Positions 62,459 through 64,000 of a stretch of DNA of 64,000 nt are shown here, piece after piece (positions within the stretch are counted from its first letter, which is position 1; every line of letters begins with the position of its first letter). The stretch spans positions 568 through 64,567 of the forward strand of contig JABACC010000013.1 of assembly GCA_014237915.1 (NCBI GenBank), read 5' to 3'. The DNA is from Candidatus Paceibacter sp. Lineage in GTDB: Bacteria > Patescibacteriota > Minisyncoccia > Phycocordibacterales > GCA-2747955. The position numbers and the translations under genes are program-made. Below the pieces are notes generated by a model that ran no database searches, had not been told where the DNA came from, and saw only the letters and a program-made list of their open reading frames with translations.

Positions 62459-63130
62459 GTGTTAAATTGTAACATAATGATAAATAAAACTAAAAACTCA
62501 GTGAGAAAACTTTTTACTTTTTTATTAAATTTAATTTTTCCAGAAAATAAAATAAAAAAAGAAAAAATTTTAAAAGAAATAAATGAAAAAAATATTTTTT
62601 TAAATGAAAAATTTGAAATTTCTTTTTTTAATTATTCTGAAAATATTTCTAAAATTATTAAAGATTTAAAATTTTACAATAAAAAAGATAACGCTAATTT
62701 TTTAGGAGAAATTTTGTATGAAAATTTAATAAAAATTTTGGAAGATGCAAAAAATTTTCATAATTTTGAAAATCCAAAAATTATTATCGTGCCAATTTCA
62801 AAAAAAAGACTAAGAGAAAGATTTTATAATCAAAACGATTTAATAATAAAATCTTTTTTAAATTTAGGTGGGGGAAAATTTTGCCAGTACGAAAAAAATA
62901 ATTTAATTAAAATTAAAGAAACAATTCCTCAATCAAAAACAAAAAACAGATCAGAAAGATTAAAAAATGTAAAAGGAAGTTTTTCTCTTAAAGATCCAGA
63001 AAAAATAAAAAATCAAAATATAATTTTATTTGATGATATAAAAACAAGTGGGGCAACTTTAGCAGAATGTGAAAAAATTTTAAAAAAAGCAAAAATTAAA
63101 AAAATTCTAAAAATAACTCTTACTTCTTAA
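62459..63130 (+). CDS. comFC: ComF-family phosphoribosyltransferase-like competence protein (ComFC)
   Basis: C-terminal PRTase motif RLKNVKGSFSL...IILFDDIKTSGATLAE. Confidence 0.7.
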   Translation: MLNCNIMINKTKNSVRKLFTFLLNLIFPENKIKKEKILKEINEKNIFLNEKFEISFFNYSENISKIIKDLKFYNKKDNANFLGEILYENLIKILEDAKNFHNFENPKIIIVPISKKRLRERFYNQNDLIIKSFLNLGGGKFCQYEKNNLIKIKETIPQSKTKNRSERLKNVKGSFSLKDPEKIKNQNIILFDDIKTSGATLAECEKILKKAKIKKILKITLTS

Positions 63131-63132
63131 AT

Positions 63133-63849
63133 TTATTTTTTAAGCCTGCAAATAAAAAAAGGAGTTGACTGATTGTCTTGCCCCATCGGGTTGTCTTTTA
63201 TTAATTTTTTTAAAAAAGAAACTTCTTTTTTATTTTTTGTACTTAAAATATTTACCCCAATATCGTTGGCATCAACAACGAAAAATTTAATTTTTTTGTT
63301 ATATTTTTGTTTAAAAAAATTTTCAGCTTCCAGAGAAAATTTTTTAGAATTTTGTGGAATTAAACTAGCAAACTCATTGTATGGTGGAATTGTATTTTCT
63401 GTTGGCCCATCAATTCCTCGTACTTTTTCTCCTGCTAAAATATAAAAAGCTCCCTTGATTTTAAAAATTTTAAATATTACAGAAAAAAAAGAAGCAGATA
63501 AAATTCTTAAAATTCCAACTTCGTTTATAGCAAGTTGCATCGTTTGCGGCACAGAAAGTCCAATTCCTGCTTTTGTTTTTTTTACATATTTCGATAAAAA
63601 TTTAGCCCAAAAACCAAATTTAATTTCAGAAAACTTAAAAGATCTTTTTTGAACAATTGCCAAAACAGATTCTGCTAAAATTACAATGTCTTCGTCTTTT
63701 AAAAAATTTTTTGTTTCTTTTTCTAAAATTTCTAAAAGATTGTCATTTTCAAAAATTGTTTGAGTTTTTACTGGAAACCTCAGAAACTTTTTTCCATTAA
63801 TTTTAACTTCTAGGTTTTTTCCCAAATTTGGTTCTTTTAAAACTGGCAT
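63133..63849 (-). CDS. CofE/FbiB-like gamma-glutamyl-ligase-fold protein (start set at MPVLKEPNL; the upstream 26 codons of the track ORF are the terminator hairpin)
   Basis: DIVILAESVLAIVQKRS, GIDGPTEN, FFVVDANDIGVNIL resemble the F420-0:gamma-glutamyl ligase family. Confidence 0.55.
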   Translation of the reverse strand: MPVLKEPNLGKNLEVKINGKKFLRFPVKTQTIFENDNLLEILEKETKNFLKDEDIVILAESVLAIVQKRSFKFSEIKFGFWAKFLSKYVKKTKAGIGLSVPQTMQLAINEVGILRILSASFFSVIFKIFKIKGAFYILAGEKVRGIDGPTENTIPPYNEFASLIPQNSKKFSLEAENFFKQKYNKKIKFFVVDANDIGVNILSTKNKKEVSFLKKLIKDNPMGQDNQSTPFFICRLKK

Positions 63850-63892
63850 ATTAATTTTAATTTTAACACTTAATAGAAAAAACGAGATAAGA

Positions 63893-63935
63893 AAAAATGC
63901 CGAAAATGGCAAAGCCATTTTCGGCATTTTTTTAA
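63893..63935. terminator. Bidirectional terminator AAAAAATGCCGAAAATGGC-AAA-GCCATTTTCGGCATTTTTTT
   Basis: Long perfect stem. Followed on the minus side by the 3' end of a partial minus-strand ORF at the window edge. Confidence 0.7.
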
Positions 63936-64000
63936 AAAGACTCCTCTCTTATTTTCTTAAAGACAACTTTTCTGAAAGTTTGTCCCAAGATTCTAAATCT

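Noticed and set aside
63850-63927. N-terminal 26 codons (MPKMALPFSAFF...) of the CofE-like track ORF
   Set aside because: The nucleotides are the perfect palindromic terminator hairpin AAAAAATGCCGAAAATGGC/GCCATTTTCGGCATTTTTTT. The real start is more plausibly the downstream ATG at 63849.
1-64000. CRISPR arrays, tRNA genes, rRNA genes, IS elements or integrases
   Set aside because: No spaced direct-repeat arrays. No segments matching tRNA T-loop/acceptor architecture. No transposase or integrase ORFs. The recurring elements are hairpin terminators, not CRISPR repeats.
63933-64000. Partial minus-strand ORF at the 3' window edge
   Set aside because: Only about 20 codons are visible and two frames are open. 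Cannot assign a frame or product.

Overview
AT-rich bacterial chromosomal window in standard code 11. TGA serves as a stop codon, for example at the gltX/rlmH ATGA overlap. It is densely packed with translation and transcription housekeeping genes. One part is a rearranged spc/alpha ribosomal-protein cluster on the minus strand: S14, S8, L6, L18, S5, L15, SecY, then IF-1, L36, S13, S11, S4, RpoA, L17, L13, S9. L30 is absent. murF/ddl/alpha-beta-hydrolase follow secY where adk/map normally sit, and rpoB-rpoC-clpB lie before infA. Also present: alaS, serS, gltX, cysS, gatC, gatA, frr, dnaB, uvrB, recR, rnc, nusB, trmD, rnhB, orn, and a C-terminal fragment of murE. Missing L30, the compact RpoB, terminal extensions on r-proteins, giant surface proteins and the pilM/comFC genes together suggest (inference only) a Patescibacteria/CPR-like lineage. 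Non-housekeeping content includes a 1826-aa surface protein with a BNR propeller; an ATP-cone/PD-(D/E)xK nuclease fused to the gatC operon; and a Doc-family toxin cotranscribed with rnhB, preceded by an overlapping mini-ORF. There is a complete haloalkane dehalogenase; a GC-rich intergenic island encoding a probable ~190-nt structured sRNA on the minus strand; an OMP-like small beta-barrel gene with its own sigma70 promoter; and a NusB-Nudix-like fusion. A 2-kb two-gene cassette of unknown function sits between khpA and trmD, in the rimM position, bounded by identical palindromic hairpins. Three families of recurring GC-rich hairpins act as terminators, and one copy lies in-frame inside rnhB. 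At least nine genes share a leaderless extended -10 TGTTAWAAT (or closely related TTAAAAT/TATAAT) box 6-12 nt upstream of the ATG. No rRNA, tRNA or CRISPR array was found.
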